A program made the position numbers and the translations under genes. Shown here piece by piece: positions 39,437-50,333 of a DNA stretch of 64,000 bases (position 1 is its first letter; every line of letters starts with the position of its first letter). The notes under the pieces were generated by a model. It was not told where the DNA came from, did not search any database, and saw only the letters and a program-made list of their open reading frames with translations. This DNA comes from Vulcanimicrobiota bacterium (GTDB lineage Bacteria; Vulcanimicrobiota; Vulcanimicrobiia; Vulcanimicrobiales; Vulcanimicrobiaceae), in assembly GCA_963714015.1 (NCBI GenBank), contig OY970223.1, positions 640,001 through 704,000 of the forward strand. The letters are read 5' to 3'.

Positions 39437-41117
39437 GTGAAGTTCGCGTGGGTCTGGAGCGCGATCGTTTCGATCGCGTGCCTTCTGGTTTGGGGCAACG
39501 TGCTGGCTCAGACGCCTGCGCCGCAGTCGTCACCGAGCGGATCCGCGGTCCCCTCAGCAACTCCGTCTGCAACGCCGACGCCGCCGGGAATGGCCGGCCC
39601 TACCCCCGAGCCTTCAGTCCGGACCAGTGTCGCACCGGCTCCCACACCAACACCGACGCAGCCGCCGATCATCGTTCAGCCGCAAGCCGCATCGGTACCG
39701 GTCGGACAGACGCAGCAAATTCGCGTACAGTCCGCATTAGGGAATCTCACCGTCACGGGACAAAATTCTGCGGTGGTCGACGTTTCGATCGATCAGCCGG
39801 ATCAGATCGTCACGCTCACCGGAAAATCTCCGGGTGCAACGGTGCTGACCATCACGGACCAGCGAGGAATTTCGGCCAGCGTACCCGTGCGGGTTGCATT
39901 CAACGCCGGAACCATTGCGGATCAGGCGGACGTGCGCGTCACCGGCGACCCCGCTTCAGCCGCATTCGTCAAAGAACAGGCCGTAACGGCTGCGGTTGCA
40001 CTGGCACAAGCGCGGACCGGCGCGCAGGTCGTCGCGGCGCCGGACGAGGTCCAGTTCGATCGATCGCTCTCACAAGACGACGCGGCGATCGTGGACGTTC
40101 CGATTCTGATACAGGGCAATGAGTATTTCAGCGTCGAGGGCACGACGCACGTGCGCGTCGAGAACGTCGCCGCTCCGAAGATCGTACCTGACTCGCTCAT
40201 GGTCAGCGATTTTCCGGAACGCCTAACCGAAAACGGCGTGCTCTTTACGGCGGATCTGAAACGCACGCAGCCCTCGCGATTTTTGTACTTCCACTATAAC
40301 CCGCCCGGCGAACCGGACCGCCGCGTGGTTCTGCGCGCGCAGAACCTCTCGCCAGAGCCTGCAATCGTGCAATACATCAACGGTCAAGGCGCAACCTCGA
40401 CCAACGAGATGCTGACCGGGCACGAAGCTGACTTCCGAATTTCTGAAAAATCTGGTCCAGAATCAGGGGCACATCATCGAGATTCCGGGCAACGGCACGA
40501 TGAACATCAGCGAGCAGGATCTGCCCGCGAAAAGCATCGTCTGCAGCCTGCTGCAGTTGCGGGTGCTGAACGGCAGCACCGTCCATTTAACGCTGTTCGC
40601 GCAGGACGCGACCGACTCGCCCGATGCCTCCCTGGCAGACACGGGACTCTTGTCCGGCGGCCATCCGCACGCGCGGGGGGTCTACAAGATTCCCGAATTT
40701 CACTTCAGCACGCTCTGGGACGTCGACGAAGAGTATCTCGAATTGCCTATCGGGCAAGTGCCGCTGCCGAACCTGATCAACGGCCAGGCGCTGGCGGGCG
40801 ATTACGGCGTGCTCGAAACGTTCGTCATCAAAGTGCAGAACCCGAACCGCTCGCCGCAGGCCATCGCGATTTACGAAAATCCGCGCGGCGGACGCGCCAC
40901 CGGCACGTATCTCATCGACGGCGTGCTGATCCAATCGCATCAGGTCCCCGCGTTCTCACGCTATAAAGTGCGGCAGTACGTCGTGCCGGCTCGAGGCTTC
41001 GTCCGCGTCACCATCGCCACTATTCCCGACAGCGGCAGCAGCTATCCGCTGAGACTCGAATTTGCACCCGACGACGGCAGCGTGCCGCCCGGCGCACCCG
41101 GTTCTCCGGTTTACTAG
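39437..41117 (+). CDS. Secreted protein: P/T-rich linker, Ig-like (pilus-assembly N-terminal-like) domain and uncharacterised C-terminal domain; +1 frameshift near 40430
   Basis: Signal peptide, PTPTP linker, LTGKSPGATVLTITD; continues in the frame of ORF 40500-41117. Span is 3n+1. Confidence 0.7.
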
Positions 41118-41173
41118 GCCGTTTTAGAGATAGCGCAAGAATAATTGCCGGAGCGGCTCAATCTATTAACCGA

Positions 41174-42196
41174 TCACCGAGCCGATTCATATATCGAAAT
41201 CATCGCTGCGGCGCCCGAAGGCCAGGCAAAGCGCGCAATCGATTTTTCGCGAACGGATTCGCAGTGCGCACCGGCAGTAGCGGGATCGTTCAAGATGTTA
41301 TCGATGGCGCGAGCCCAGGCCGCCGTGTCGTCGACCGGAATGGCCGGTGCATCGCCTGCGGCCACTTCGGGGAGCGACGATTGGTCCGAAACGATCGTGG
41401 GCGTACCCGAGCAAAGAGCCTGCGCCGCGGCGTACCCGAAGCCTTCGTAGCGCGAAGGAACGGCGACGAGCGCGCAGGTTGCGTAAAGTTCCAATAATTC
41501 GGAGCGCTCGACATATCCGCGAAACTCCACGCGATCGTGCACGCCGAGCTCGGCCGCCAACCGTTCGCAGTCGTCCTTGTACGGTGTAAATGGCCCGGTG
41601 GAGACGATGCGGGCGCCGGGCAATTGCGGCAACGCGCGAATCAGCACTTCGATATTTTTGCGCCGCTCGACCGTGCCGGGAACCAAGACCGCGCGGCCCT
41701 CACCGGGGCGCCTTTGAACGGCGCAAAAATCGGCGGCAACTCCCGGGTAGACGACGTGCACGCGCTCTTCAGGCACCCCGAGCACCTCGAGCAGTTCGCG
41801 TTTGGAAAATTCGGAGTCCACGGCAATCGCTGCCGCTCGCCGATATTGCGCGAGCGCAAATTTTCCGAAATACCAGCGGGCGTACGGCCGAGTGTGTGAC
41901 TGCACTTTGAGCCATGCGACGTCATGAACGGTGACGACGCACGGCAGCGCCGATCGCACCGGCATCGTTCCGGAGGCGCAGTGCAGCAACTGTGCTCCGC
42001 TGGCCCGTGCGCGCATCGGCAAGAGAAGTTGGTCCCAAACGACGCGGCGATCGAAACGCCAAGGATCCAAGTTGGGCGCAGCAAGCTCCGCTACGGTGAC
42101 ACCCTGCGCGGACAACGCATCCGCCAACCCTCGCGCGTACTCGCCTATGCCGGTCGCCGTTCCGCTCGCCAGTTGCATGTCGAGCGCGACGATCAT
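41174..42196 (-). CDS. GT4 family glycosyltransferase
   Basis: GIGEYA, VTVHD, RRKN, VPSRYEGFG and SSLPEVA. Confidence 0.93.
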   Translation of the reverse strand: MIVALDMQLASGTATGIGEYARGLADALSAQGVTVAELAAPNLDPWRFDRRVVWDQLLLPMRARASGAQLLHCASGTMPVRSALPCVVTVHDVAWLKVQSHTRPYARWYFGKFALAQYRRAAAIAVDSEFSKRELLEVLGVPEERVHVVYPGVAADFCAVQRRPGEGRAVLVPGTVERRKNIEVLIRALPQLPGARIVSTGPFTPYKDDCERLAAELGVHDRVEFRGYVERSELLELYATCALVAVPSRYEGFGYAAAQALCSGTPTIVSDQSSLPEVAAGDAPAIPVDDTAAWARAIDNILNDPATAGAHCESVREKSIARFAWPSGAAAMISIYESAR

Positions 42197-42979
42197 CGCA
42201 GCTTGGCTTGTAGCGACCGTACCGGCGGCGAGGCGGGATTCAACGCCGACGCGCGCTGCAGGTCGGCGCGCGCCGCGGAGCGCTCCCCGAGTCCTAAAGC
42301 CACCATGCCGGCGCCGGCGTACGCGTCGGCGCTCGTGGGATCGGCGCTTATCGCGCGCTGAAAATACCTCGAAGCTTGAGCCGGTCCGACGAAGACGTAG
42401 GTTTCAAATCCCGCAGAGAGCAGATATTTTTCGGAAAGCGGCGAGAGATGAACCGCTTTGAGGAAATCCTGGATCGCCAGACGGCTGTTTCTTTGACCGC
42501 CCGCGAGTTTGCCCAAGCGCCAATACGCCTCGGCCAGCGCGTCCGGGTGCGTGCTCGTTGTTTCCAGACGGTTCTTCAGGCGCAGTTCGAGGGCATATGC
42601 GACCGGAAAGCTTCCTGATTGCCTGCACTTCATCGGTAATTGCATAGATGTCGTCCGCAAGAATGAAGTAGTGCTGCGCAGCGCGCCGATCGCCTCGGGC
42701 AAGCGCGATCCGGCCCAGCAGATCGTCGCGCGTCGTGCCCTGCGGAAGCCTCAGCGCATACATCCGCGCCAGCGATAAATCGCCGCGGTTGAAGGCGGCC
42801 CGCTCCAACATTGCGTATGCGTATGGAGCAGGAGCAACGCGCGCCACGGCCCGGTAGATATTCTCCCCGATCTCGGGACGCAAGTGCGCCGGAACCGACA
42901 ATGCCGCACCCGCTGAAGATAGGATTGCATCGGATCCGATTTGCACCGTACCCAGTGCGGCCGCCAGCAGAAAAATCAC
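42193..42979 (-). CDS. TPR-containing membrane/exported protein; +1 frameshift near 42610, start uncertain
   Basis: Two overlapping ORFs with TPR-like helices (AEAYWRLG, YFQRAISADP.SADAYAG, ALNP). Confidence 0.7.
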
Positions 42980-43023
42980 CGCGACGAGTATCGCGGTGAC
43001 CGCTGACCGGCGCCGCGCATCGA

Positions 43024-44187
43024 TCAGAATTTCACCGTGAAATTCAAATCGGCGCGGGTCTGCGTAAGATTGAAATTGGGATCGAAGGTGTCCTGATAGC
43101 GGTACTGGCGCGCGGAAAGCGTCACAATGCTGTTCGTGTTCGGAATCTGATAGCTGAGATTGCCCAAATACGTGTTCTTGTATGCGTCGACGTCGGGCAG
43201 CACAGTGTTGAGGTAGTCGCCCTGATAATGCGCGCGGTCGTACTGCAAACCAAGCGTGATACGGCTGTTCACCGGCACCGCGAGGCGCGCATCCACGCCG
43301 GTCTTCGTAACGTCGGCCAGTCCCGGGTACTGCACGATTGACGACCCGGGAGCCGCAGGTCCAAACGCATTGTCGTTCAGTTGAGCGTCAGGATCCGCCG
43401 GAACGTACTGGAAGATCGCCGAGTCGCCGAGCGAGAGATGCGAAACGGTGCTCGAGAGCTGCAAATTCACGTTGCTGTTCCAGGCGCGCACGTTGAAATC
43501 GGTCGCCGCGACGAAACTCTGCGCGCTCGTGTCGTGCAGATACGGACACGCCGCGTTTTGATCGGTCGTTCCGCAGACTTGCATGGCGCGGAAAGCGTCT
43601 GACTGGAGTGACTGCTGCTGTGAGCCGGCCATCACTTCGTTGAAGTGCACCTTGCCCACGCGCATCGGAACGTTGACCTCCGCGCCGAGCGACTGCGCGG
43701 CGGGAGTGAACGATGAATAGCTGCCGAACCAGACCGGCGCTATCGGAACCGGCGCTCCGGCGGGTTGCACCTCCGCGCTCGCCGGCGTTGCGGAAACCGC
43801 GACGCTGAGCGCCCCGTCCGAAGGAGCGGCGAGCTCGGGCGCAGGCACCACAGACGCGCGCAGATCGGGGACGTACGTCTTCACCGGCGAGACGCCCGGC
43901 AAATTCACGTCGGCCGCTGATGCGGGCTGACTGGGAGCGAGCAGATCGGCGAGTTCGCGATCGACGAATTGTGAGGACGGTTCGAGATTGAATACCGACT
44001 GCGCCAAGTACGACATCCCGTGGATCTCGCCCGCGAGTGCGCCAAGCAGTGATTCGGAGTTGGGATCGAAGAGCCGGCTTATTTCGAGCCTGACTTGCGG
44101 AGTGGGCACCGCGCTCGCAGGCAAACCGAGAGCAAGCGCTGACAGCAGCACTGCCAAACCGGCGACGCGAACGGACCGGGCCTCCAT
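43024..44187 (-). CDS. Putative outer-membrane beta-barrel protein
   Basis: GGAGGAG RBS, signal peptide, alternating amphipathic strands and C-terminal ADLNFTVKF. Confidence 0.65.
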   Translation of the reverse strand: MEARSVRVAGLAVLLSALALGLPASAVPTPQVRLEISRLFDPNSESLLGALAGEIHGMSYLAQSVFNLEPSSQFVDRELADLLAPSQPASAADVNLPGVSPVKTYVPDLRASVVPAPELAAPSDGALSVAVSATPASAEVQPAGAPVPIAPVWFGSYSSFTPAAQSLGAEVNVPMRVGKVHFNEVMAGSQQQSLQSDAFRAMQVCGTTDQNAACPYLHDTSAQSFVAATDFNVRAWNSNVNLQLSSTVSHLSLGDSAIFQYVPADPDAQLNDNAFGPAAPGSSIVQYPGLADVTKTGVDARLAVPVNSRITLGLQYDRAHYQGDYLNTVLPDVDAYKNTYLGNLSYQIPNTNSIVTLSARQYRYQDTFDPNFNLTQTRADLNFTVKF

Positions 44188-44251
44188 TACTCCTCCATAC
44201 CCGCTTACCTTGGGGGGCACTATCTAGTATCGGATAAAACCGGGGTCAGTT

Positions 44252-44668
44252 TCATACGACGTTTGGCCTATTGGACCCCCGTCCTATGTACCGGCGAGCG
44301 ATTAGCAACGCCGCATAATCGTCGATCGGGCGAGGCGGAAGCTGCAATCCGATGGGAAGGAGCCGGCGCCAGCCGCGTGGGGGGTTGTCTGCAAAGTAGA
44401 GGGCGCGGGCCCGGTACGTCGTGTCTGTTTCGTCCACGAGGTGGACGGGGAGTCCCAGCGTCTCGACGACGCCGACTACTACACCCGCGTTCGTCCCGGC
44501 ACCGAGCGCGACCGCGGTGACGTCGTGCTGCGCAATAAGGGGCGTTAGACGCTCGATCAGGGTCTCCACAGGGACGATTCCGAGCGCTAGCGCCGCAGAA
44601 ACGCGATCGGCGGCGACCGCGTAGCCGACTTTGCGGGTGCCGGGATCGATTCCAAGGACGGCGCTCAT
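44252..44668 (-). CDS. RuvX/YqgF family RNase H-fold nuclease
   Basis: VLGIDPG..KVGYA, LGAGT, VDETDTT..AR..YF and IDDYAA. Confidence 0.88.
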   Translation of the reverse strand: MSAVLGIDPGTRKVGYAVAADRVSAALALGIVPVETLIERLTPLIAQHDVTAVALGAGTNAGVVVGVVETLGLPVHLVDETDTTYRARALYFADNPPRGWRRLLPIGLQLPPRPIDDYAALLIARRYIGRGSNRPNVV

Positions 44669-45630
44669 CGTTGCGGCGCCTGCTGAAGCGTGACCACCAC
44701 CGGAACCCCGAAGGTCGACTCGTAGATGTCCGAAGCCGCGAAGGCTGTCAGGATGTAGGTGCCGGTCGTAGAGGTAAGCGTCTTCTGCATGTGAGCTTCA
44801 TCGGGCAGCATACGCCGTACCGTGACGTTGCCGGCGAAATATGGAAGCATTTGGTGCTGAATCATGACGCGCGGAACCCAGCCGGAGGGTCCCAGCAATT
44901 CGATCAAGGCGACACGGGCGTCGGCGTTCTTTCCGGCCGGAATCTGCTCGGATTCGATGGGCTGGCCGGCCGGGACAATCAACTTGTCCGGCACGGAGTT
45001 CATTGCAAAATGGATTTGGTCGTGGGGATAGAGATTTTGCGAGGCGGTTGCCAGCAGCAGAACGTTGTTTTGCGAAACGTAAGCCTGCATCTTCGGATCG
45101 TCGGCGTACTGGCGCAGGATGCTTTCGACGCCATGCGGCGGGACGAAGGGCTTGAGGTTGTAGGGGGGACGCGTGTACTGTTGATTGATCGACGCGACGG
45201 TCTGGTTGTAAAAGTCGCGGACGATCTGCCGGCGCAGCGCCGATGGCGCGTTCATCGGAATCCTTCCGACGACCGGGCTCATCAGCGATTCATAGTTCAC
45301 CAGCACGGGTGAGGTAGTGAACTTCTCCTCCAGAGCATTGGCGCGCGCCTGCGCCTTCTGAATCTCGGCGTTGATCTCGTTGAGGTGGAAGAACGCGGTT
45401 TGCACCTGATTCGAGGCGAAGATCGCAATCAGCATGATCACCAGTGCAATGATCATACCGGTTCCGACCGCGATGATCGTCGACGTGTATCGCGGCCGGA
45501 TGTTGAAGATCGTCAACCGCTTGCGCCCGACCTGGTGTCCGACGCGATCGCCGATGTAGGCGATGATACCAGCCAGAATCGCGATGAACACGATGAGGCC
45601 GATCCCGCGCAGCATTCCTTCCAGCGTCAT
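44665..45630 (-). CDS. DUF3084 domain protein
   Basis: GIIAYIGDRVG..VGRKRLTIFNIRPRYT signature; coupled to lptFG and the RuvX-like gene. Confidence 0.85.
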   Translation of the reverse strand: MTLEGMLRGIGLIVFIAILAGIIAYIGDRVGHQVGRKRLTIFNIRPRYTSTIIAVGTGMIIALVIMLIAIFASNQVQTAFFHLNEINAEIQKAQARANALEEKFTTSPVLVNYESLMSPVVGRIPMNAPSALRRQIVRDFYNQTVASINQQYTRPPYNLKPFVPPHGVESILRQYADDPKMQAYVSQNNVLLLATASQNLYPHDQIHFAMNSVPDKLIVPAGQPIESEQIPAGKNADARVALIELLGPSGWVPRVMIQHQMLPYFAGNVTVRRMLPDEAHMQKTLTSTTGTYILTAFAASDIYESTFGVPVVVTLQQAPQR

Positions 45631-46734
45631 ATCATTGCCGCCCGGTACAGCCGGCGCCCGCCGATGACCGTGAAGATGAGATTGGGGAGCCACGCCGCCA
45701 GCGCCGCAAGCGGCAGAAACGCTTCACCGACGTACGAACAGATCGTCGAAACGATATAGTAGGCGAACACAATTAGGACCGCAAGGCCGAAGCCCAGCCC
45801 GGTGCTTCCGCCGCCCCGAACCGAACGGATTCCGAACGGCACGGCAATCAAGGTGAATACGAAACACGCGAACGGCTGCGCCAGCTTCTGCTGGTACACC
45901 ATCGTGTACTTGCGAATCTCCCCCGCCGAGAGTTGACCGGTCCGAATGATCTCGGCGATCTGCGCGCGGCTCATGTTCTGGGGATTGTTGTTCGCTACGC
46001 GTTTGGCAATCGCGGCCGGGTTTTGCCCGAGCGAGACTTGGAGGGAGGGCGTACGCACGTCCGTGTCGCCGTTTGCCTGCAGCCGGATCACGCGCGCGTT
46101 CTGCAGCGTCCACTGGTCGGCCAAGAACTGCGCCTGATCGGCGAAGACGATCTGCGTCGGGTTTCCGGAGCGATCGTACTGAACGAGCGTGACGCCGACC
46201 AACGTGCGGCAGTTTTGCAGGCAGGCGCGTTCGAACGTCGTCTGCCTTCCGCCGCCCGGCAGCGGCGCAGAGATCAGTTGATCGCCACCGAAGGCGCTCG
46301 TGTGATTGATTACGACGGCTTCGATGATGCTGGCTTGGCTGTCGGCAAACGGAACGACCGCCTCTTGCAGCGCAAGCGTAACGAAGGAAAGAAAAAACGC
46401 CGCCGCGAGCATCGGCGCGATGATCCGCAGGAACGTAATTCCAGCCTGATTTGAGGGCTGTAATCTCACTCTCGCCGGAGAGGCGCTGAATGGCCAGGAG
46501 CGTGCCGAGCAGCAGTCCCATGGGGATCGTCAGCACGAACATGCTCGGTAACTGCCAAAGAAAGACTTCGATTGCCGCCCAGACCGGTGCGTTGGTTTCG
46601 GAGACCTCCCGCCCGATCGCGATGATCTGACCGGCCGCCAGCAGCAGCGTAAAGGCGGCAACACCGAACAGGAACGGGCCGCTGAGCTCGCTGAGCATGT
46701 ACCGATCCAGAATCGTGAGCCGCAAAGAGTTCAA
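45627..46734 (-). CDS. LptF/LptG family LPS export permease; +1 frameshift near 46445
   Basis: ILDRYM..E...PFLFG and RLSGESEITALK, then in the shifted frame GITFLRI...PFAC.VF.LIAVP...AAWLPN. Confidence 0.9.
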
Positions 46735-47465
46735 AGACGAAAGCCTTCGCCGAGATAAAACTGGCGCGCGATCGGACTCTCGAGCACGTCGTGCGCCGTG
46801 CCGGAGACTTCGATCTTTCCGTTGTTAAGAATGTACGCCCGGTCGACGATTGCGAGCGTTTCGCGAACTTGATGGTCCGTAATCAGCACGCCCAAACCGC
46901 GTTCGCGCAGCTGCCGGATCATCGCTTGGATATCGGCGACCGCGATCGGATCGATGCCGGTGAACGGTTCGTCCAACAGCAGAAACGCGGGCTCCGTAGC
47001 GATCGCGCGCGCTATCTCGACGCGCCGGCGCTCGCCGCCCGAGAGCGAATCGCCGCGCGCGTCGACGAATTTGAGCAGGCCGAATTCCTCGAGCAGCGGG
47101 TGAAGGCGCTCTTCCTGCTCTTCGCGCGAGACGCCGTGCATCTCCCAAATCAGACGAATGTTGTCGCCGACGGAGAGTTTGCGAAAGATCGAGTTCTCCT
47201 GCGCCAAGTACCCGATCCCGCGGCGCGAACGCATGTACATCGGCGCCGACGTAAGGTCGAAGTGCTGCGTCTCCGTATCGAGCAGCACCGTTCCGCCGTC
47301 GGGTTTGACCAGACCTACGACCATGTAAAAGGTGGTCGTCTTTCCGGCACCGTTGGGACCCAGCAAGCCGACAATCTCGCCCGTGCGCACTTCGGCACTG
47401 ACGCCGTTGACCACCGCGCGCTCGCCGTAGCGCTTGAGGAGTCCGCGCATTTGAATCTCGGGCAC
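46731..47465 (-). CDS. lptB: LPS export ABC transporter ATPase LptB
   Basis: GPNGAGKTTTFYM, GYLAQE.SIFRKL, LSGGERRRVEIAR, LLDEPF.GIDP and YLGEGF. Confidence 0.96.
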   Translation of the reverse strand: MPEIQMRGLLKRYGERAVVNGVSAEVRTGEIVGLLGPNGAGKTTTFYMVVGLVKPDGGTVLLDTETQHFDLTSAPMYMRSRRGIGYLAQENSIFRKLSVGDNIRLIWEMHGVSREEQEERLHPLLEEFGLLKFVDARGDSLSGGERRRVEIARAIATEPAFLLLDEPFTGIDPIAVADIQAMIRQLRERGLGVLITDHQVRETLAIVDRAYILNNGKIEVSGTAHDVLESPIARQFYLGEGFRL

Positions 47466-48013
47466 TACTGCATCACCATCTGCGTCAGCTTCACGTCCGA
47501 AGTGAACGTGTTTCCGGTCAGAAGTTCCTGTTGGCCGCCCTGCATGCCGGTTATTCGCACGTGTCCCTCTCCGTGAAGCATGGCGGTCGTCTGATCGTAC
47601 GTGAGCCGGTCGCACGTCAAGTGCAGACCGGTGCTCGTCGTCGCGCGAACTCCGCCGGAAAGGACCACCTTCTTGTCCCGCGCGATCGCAGCGGTCGGAG
47701 CCGCCGCCTGCAGCCGCGTACCGTCTTTGTCAAAGAACGTTACCGTCGTTTGCTGAAAATTTGCTTGGGCCAGGTTCTGAGCGGAATGGCTCTCGCAGGA
47801 CTGCGCCAGCATCTCATACGCTTTCCGGTTGCCGGACTGCTGCGTGATGCGGACGGGCCGGGCGCGCGTCCCGCGGCACCGTATGTCGAGCGGCGGCAGA
47901 CCGCTCGGACTTGCAGCCGGACCGGGCGTTCCCCCCGGCCTTCGCTGCGGCTGCGGATTGCACGCCGAGCATGCAAGGACCGCCGCGAGAGCCCAAATCA
48001 GGGTCCCCTTCAT
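47465..48013 (-). CDS. lptC: LptC-like periplasmic LPS export lipoprotein
   Basis: Lipobox (CSAC), beta-jellyroll-like pattern (LSGGV.A..., LTCDRLTYD, GHVRI); directly upstream of lptB. Confidence 0.75.
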   Translation of the reverse strand: MKGTLIWALAAVLACSACNPQPQRRPGGTPGPAASPSGLPPLDIRCRGTRARPVRITQQSGNRKAYEMLAQSCESHSAQNLAQANFQQTTVTFFDKDGTRLQAAAPTAAIARDKKVVLSGGVRATTSTGLHLTCDRLTYDQTTAMLHGEGHVRITGMQGGQQELLTGNTFTSDVKLTQMVMQ

Positions 48014-49206
48014 GACTCCTCTCCCAAGCCGTCATCGGCCGCCGCGAGTGCGAGCGCCATAGCGGGCATCCACAATCCGAAGATCACGATGCTCACGGTA
48101 TCGATGAGCCCTTGCACCCACGTTCCGGCAAGTCCCGCCGCGACCGCGAAAGCCAGCACGCGGCCGGTCTGCGAAGCTCCCCGCAGCCGATCGCGCAGCG
48201 TCGTCGCGAATCTCCACCACGCCGCAAGAACGGCAACCAGCCCGACGATCCCGGTTTCGGCAAAAATGGTCAGCAGAAAGCTGTGCGCGTGAAAGGCAAT
48301 CGCGTCGCCGTCGGGCAGCCGCACCAGCGGGTAGATTCGGGCAAAGTCGAACGGCCCGACGCCGGTGAGCGGAAAGCGCCGCACAATCTCCAGTCCCGCT
48401 TCCCAAATCGAAAGACGGGTGTAGTTTTCCGCCGGATTGTGGTGGGCGTTGAATACGACGAGCACTGCGGCCAGACCGGCCAGAAGGATCGCGGGAGCGA
48501 ATCGCCGCTGCACGTTCCCGCTGAGATAAGCGTAAAACGCGATTGCCGCGGCCAAACCCATCCAGCCCGCGCGAGAAAAAGTTAACACGAGGGCAGCGAG
48601 TCCGGCTGCGATCGCGATGCAGGCGATTATCCGCAGAATACGATCGCGTGCAACGCGCGCGAGCGCATATGCCAGCGGCAAGAAGACGATGAGATACCCC
48701 GCGAGCTCGCCCGGCAGAACGAACGTTCCGATCGCGCGCCCATGCCCAATGGCGTACTGATCCGCGGGAAGCCGCAACAGCACCATGACGACCGCCGCCA
48801 GCGATGCCATTGCGCCCGAAACAAGAAACGCGTAATAGATCGCGCGGCTTGCTCCGGGATATGTATAGTAGCGCAGGACGAACAAGTGCCAAATGACGCT
48901 GACCGCCGCTATTCCCAGAAACAACAGCCCGCCCGCGGGATCGAATCCCACGAGTGCCGACAATACGCCGGACGCAACCCATGCAACCAACGGGACGAGT
49001 GTCGGCGGACGCTCGACCGGCGGCCGCAGAATCATTGCTGCGAAATACGACCCGAGCAGGGCGCAAACTGCAAGCAGTGCGATGCCCGCGGTGCGCGGGA
49101 CCAGCGACACTCCGGGAACCGAAACGACGGTCAGCATGATGAACGCGGGGAAGAGCGGCACAATGAAAAACGCGAGCGCCAAGCTTGCGGGGATTAGTCG
49201 TTTCAC
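48010..49206 (-). CDS. O-antigen ligase (WaaL/Wzy_C) family protein
   Basis: RAIGTF..P..LAGY, LTFSRAGW, R..IW......FPLTGVG and HAHS. Confidence 0.9.
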   Translation of the reverse strand: MKRLIPASLALAFFIVPLFPAFIMLTVVSVPGVSLVPRTAGIALLAVCALLGSYFAAMILRPPVERPPTLVPLVAWVASGVLSALVGFDPAGGLLFLGIAAVSVIWHLFVLRYYTYPGASRAIYYAFLVSGAMASLAAVVMVLLRLPADQYAIGHGRAIGTFVLPGELAGYLIVFLPLAYALARVARDRILRIIACIAIAAGLAALVLTFSRAGWMGLAAAIAFYAYLSGNVQRRFAPAILLAGLAAVLVVFNAHHNPAENYTRLSIWEAGLEIVRRFPLTGVGPFDFARIYPLVRLPDGDAIAFHAHSFLLTIFAETGIVGLVAVLAAWWRFATTLRDRLRGASQTGRVLAFAVAAGLAGTWVQGLIDTVSIVIFGLWMPAMALALAAADDGLGEES

Positions 49207-50333
49207 GCGATGAGCTGCGCAATCTCGGCTGCGATCCGTTTTGCAGCACCGGGAGGTCCCATCCGTTCGCGTCCCGCGGCCGACATGGCGGCGCGCCGTT
49301 TTTCGTCCGCCAGCAGCTGTGCAACTTCCGAGGCCGCCGAGCGTTCGTCCCCGGCTACGACCAAAAGGGCCTCGCCCAGAAGACCGGCTTGCCTATGCCG
49401 GTACCACGCATGTTTGCCGCGCTCGCTGGTTGTGAACGCGATCACGGGAATGCCGGCGGCGGCGGCAGCTTCGTTTGCGGTCCCCGCCTGCCCGAGCACA
49501 GCATCCGCGCCGCGCAGCATTGCACCGATTGGGCCGCGCCAGGCGCGCAGCATTTCACGTCCGCCGGCCAGGGCGCGGAAAGGAGCGGCCGCATCGGCGA
49601 CGACTTCGAAGCCGGCCGATACCACGGCGCTAGCCATGCGATTTGCGTCCAGCCCGGGCGCGATCGAAAGCGCCGCTCCGAGCGACGGTTGCTCGCGCCC
49701 GAGCTCGCGTACGACGCGTGCGAGAAATTCTGCGGCGGCGTACGCGTCCTGGCGGCTTCCCGGGAAGAGCGCCAAATACGGCGCGAACGCATCATTGGGC
49801 GAGGGCCCTTCGTCCTGATAGAGATCGACGATCACGTTGCCGCTTCGCGCCGCTATACCGTGCCGGCGAAGGCGCTGCGCCGTCGGTTCGTCGCGCACGT
49901 ATACCACGGCCGCCTTACGGATCACGCGCTCTTCGAATGCACCGTAAGGCGCGACATACACGCTCTTTGCGGTTCCGACGAAAGCCGTGGCCGCTCGCGC
50001 CTGGAGTGCCATCATCAGTGCGAACACGTCGCCGACCGCGATTACCGCCGCATACTCCTTGCGGGCACGACGCAGAAATCGCAATTGCGTCAGCGTATGC
50101 GCGGCTAACCCTGCACGCAGATCGCGCAGGATGTTTTGCGCGTTGCCCATGGCGATGAGGCCGCCGCTCGGCATTTGCCGGCGAGGTCCCACGTCCCGCA
50201 TAACACTCGGGTGCTCAAAATCACCGACCAGCGCGAGATGATCGCCGGCAGCCGCCTGCGTCAATTCGGCAGCGATTTGCGCCGCTATGGCGACCTCGCC
50301 GTGGCCGTTCGAAACGAAGAGCACGCGTTTCAT
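49203..50333 (-). CDS. Lipid-A-disaccharide-synthase-related GT-B protein (TIGR03492-like)
   Basis: LFVSNGHGE, MPSGG, AVGD, FVGTAKS, VRDEPTA, FPGSR, AGTANE and RMGPPGA. Confidence 0.85.
   Translation of the reverse strand: MKRVLFVSNGHGEVAIAAQIAAELTQAAAGDHLALVGDFEHPSVMRDVGPRRQMPSGGLIAMGNAQNILRDLRAGLAAHTLTQLRFLRRARKEYAAVIAVGDVFALMMALQARAATAFVGTAKSVYVAPYGAFEERVIRKAAVVYVRDEPTAQRLRRHGIAARSGNVIVDLYQDEGPSPNDAFAPYLALFPGSRQDAYAAAEFLARVVRELGREQPSLGAALSIAPGLDANRMASAVVSAGFEVVADAAAPFRALAGGREMLRAWRGPIGAMLRGADAVLGQAGTANEAAAAAGIPVIAFTTSERGKHAWYRHRQAGLLGEALLVVAGDERSAASEVAQLLADEKRRAAMSAAGRERMGPPGAAKRIAAEIAQLIA

Noticed and set aside
41121..41170. GTTTTAGAGATAG resembling the start of a type II CRISPR repeat
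   Set aside because: Single copy with no spacers or cas genes; it lies between convergent genes and is more likely a terminator region or chance match.
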